A DNA stretch of 64,000 nt, from positions 64,001-128,000 of IMG/VR virus record IMGVR_UViG_3300045988_145033, one strand, 5' to 3'. Within the stretch, counting starts at the first letter, position 1. Each line of letters starts with the position of its first letter. Made by a program: the position numbers and the translations under genes. Below are positions 63,429-64,000 of this stretch, in pieces. The DNA is from a virus. The notes beneath the pieces are model-generated. The model searched no databases. It was given only the letters and a program-made list of their open reading frames with translations, and had not been told where the DNA came from.

Positions 63429-64000
63429 ATGAAACATACACCAAATAAAATACATATATACTCAGCCACAGGAAAGTATATAGCAACGCAACCATATACA
63501 CTAAAAGACTTTCAAGAAGACCCAAAAAGATTTTATGATGCTTGGGATAATTCTATGATAGTTACTGATACTTGGTATGATTTCCCTTGTCTTGACGGAA
63601 CAAAACGTGGCATAAGAGAGATGACAGCGGAAGAACGTGTAACTTCAGGAAGTGTCGACTTGCAAGACGGTCAATATCTTGAACTGGCTACAGGTAAGAT
63701 AGTATCAACTCCTATTCCTGAATGGCTTTTAAAACCTAGATGGAATAAAGATAAAAAAGAATGGTATGAGGGTGCAACTCCCGATGAGCTTCATGATTAT
63801 ATTGTAGATATGAGCTATAAATGGAGAGATGAAAGATTTGAGCTAGGTTTTCAGTGGCTTGATAAAAAAGGTGGTAAACATCATCAAAGAGTAAGAGAAA
63901 ACGATAGAAGTCGTTTCTTGGAAGCTAAAGCTGTACTTGAGATTACAAAGGAAATAGACCCTAACCAAACTATAGAATGGCAATTCTCAGATACTGATAG
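63429..64000 (+). CDS. Partial CDS (N-terminal 190 codons; continues past the window end), hypothetical
   Basis: ATG after a TAAGGAGG RBS, 9 nt downstream of the previous stop. The frame stays open to the window end. Confidence 0.6.
   Translation, partial: MKHTPNKIHIYSATGKYIATQPYTLKDFQEDPKRFYDAWDNSMIVTDTWYDFPCLDGTKRGIREMTAEERVTSGSVDLQDGQYLELATGKIVSTPIPEWLLKPRWNKDKKEWYEGATPDELHDYIVDMSYKWRDERFELGFQWLDKKGGKHHQRVRENDRSRFLEAKAVLEITKEIDPNQTIEWQFSDTD

Noticed and set aside
1-64000. CRISPR arrays and tRNA genes
   Set aside because: No run of short, regularly spaced, identical direct repeats with unique spacers was found. The repeats present are promoter/leader modules next to genes, or iteron-like repeats with ~80-bp spacing. 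No segment shows a T-arm GTTCRANYC next to an acceptor-stem complement. GC-rich islands were inspected for this specifically.

Overview
This window is a gene-dense stretch of a large tailed-phage genome, probably jumbo-phage-like, from a low-GC host. GC is about 30 %, with roughly 55 real CDS, no rRNA or tRNA, and no CRISPR array. Recognisable functions fall into two groups. The replication/transcription genes are: a family-B DNA polymerase-like protein with exonuclease motifs and palm motif A but no recognisable motifs B or C; a DnaB-like helicase; an Mre11/SbcD-like nuclease; a stand-alone RNA polymerase beta-prime N-terminal subunit with a DLDGD catalytic loop; a MazG-like pyrophosphohydrolase; and a GC-richer GNAT acetyltransferase that looks like a moron. 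The morphogenesis genes are: a terminase large subunit; a putative major capsid protein; an acidic Pro/Glu tandem-repeat protein; and a four-member paralogous family of putative internal head proteins. Transcription signals are unusually clear and fall into two phage-specific classes. The first is an AACA-N6-TA-G(A/T)TTAAAA motif directly upstream of at least 16 genes on both strands; from memory it resembles the late-promoter consensus of AR9/PBS1-like Bacillus jumbo phages. The second is a roughly 100-nt early promoter-plus-leader module in six minus-strand copies, carrying a hairpin that is maintained by compensatory base changes. Many A-tract/hairpin/T-tract terminators share a conserved flanking module. 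Candidate new biology is listed in the findings: the hairpin leader element, the Y-x-E-repeat/poly-Gly head-protein family, FG-repeat low-complexity proteins beside the helicase, a 600-bp iteron-like non-coding region, a GC-rich candidate ncRNA, and a chain of translationally coupled single-TM micro-proteins. CDS coordinates follow the supplied ORF track. Hand-located elements may be off by a few bases (up to about 10) because of local inconsistencies between the numbered display and the track. No database search was possible.
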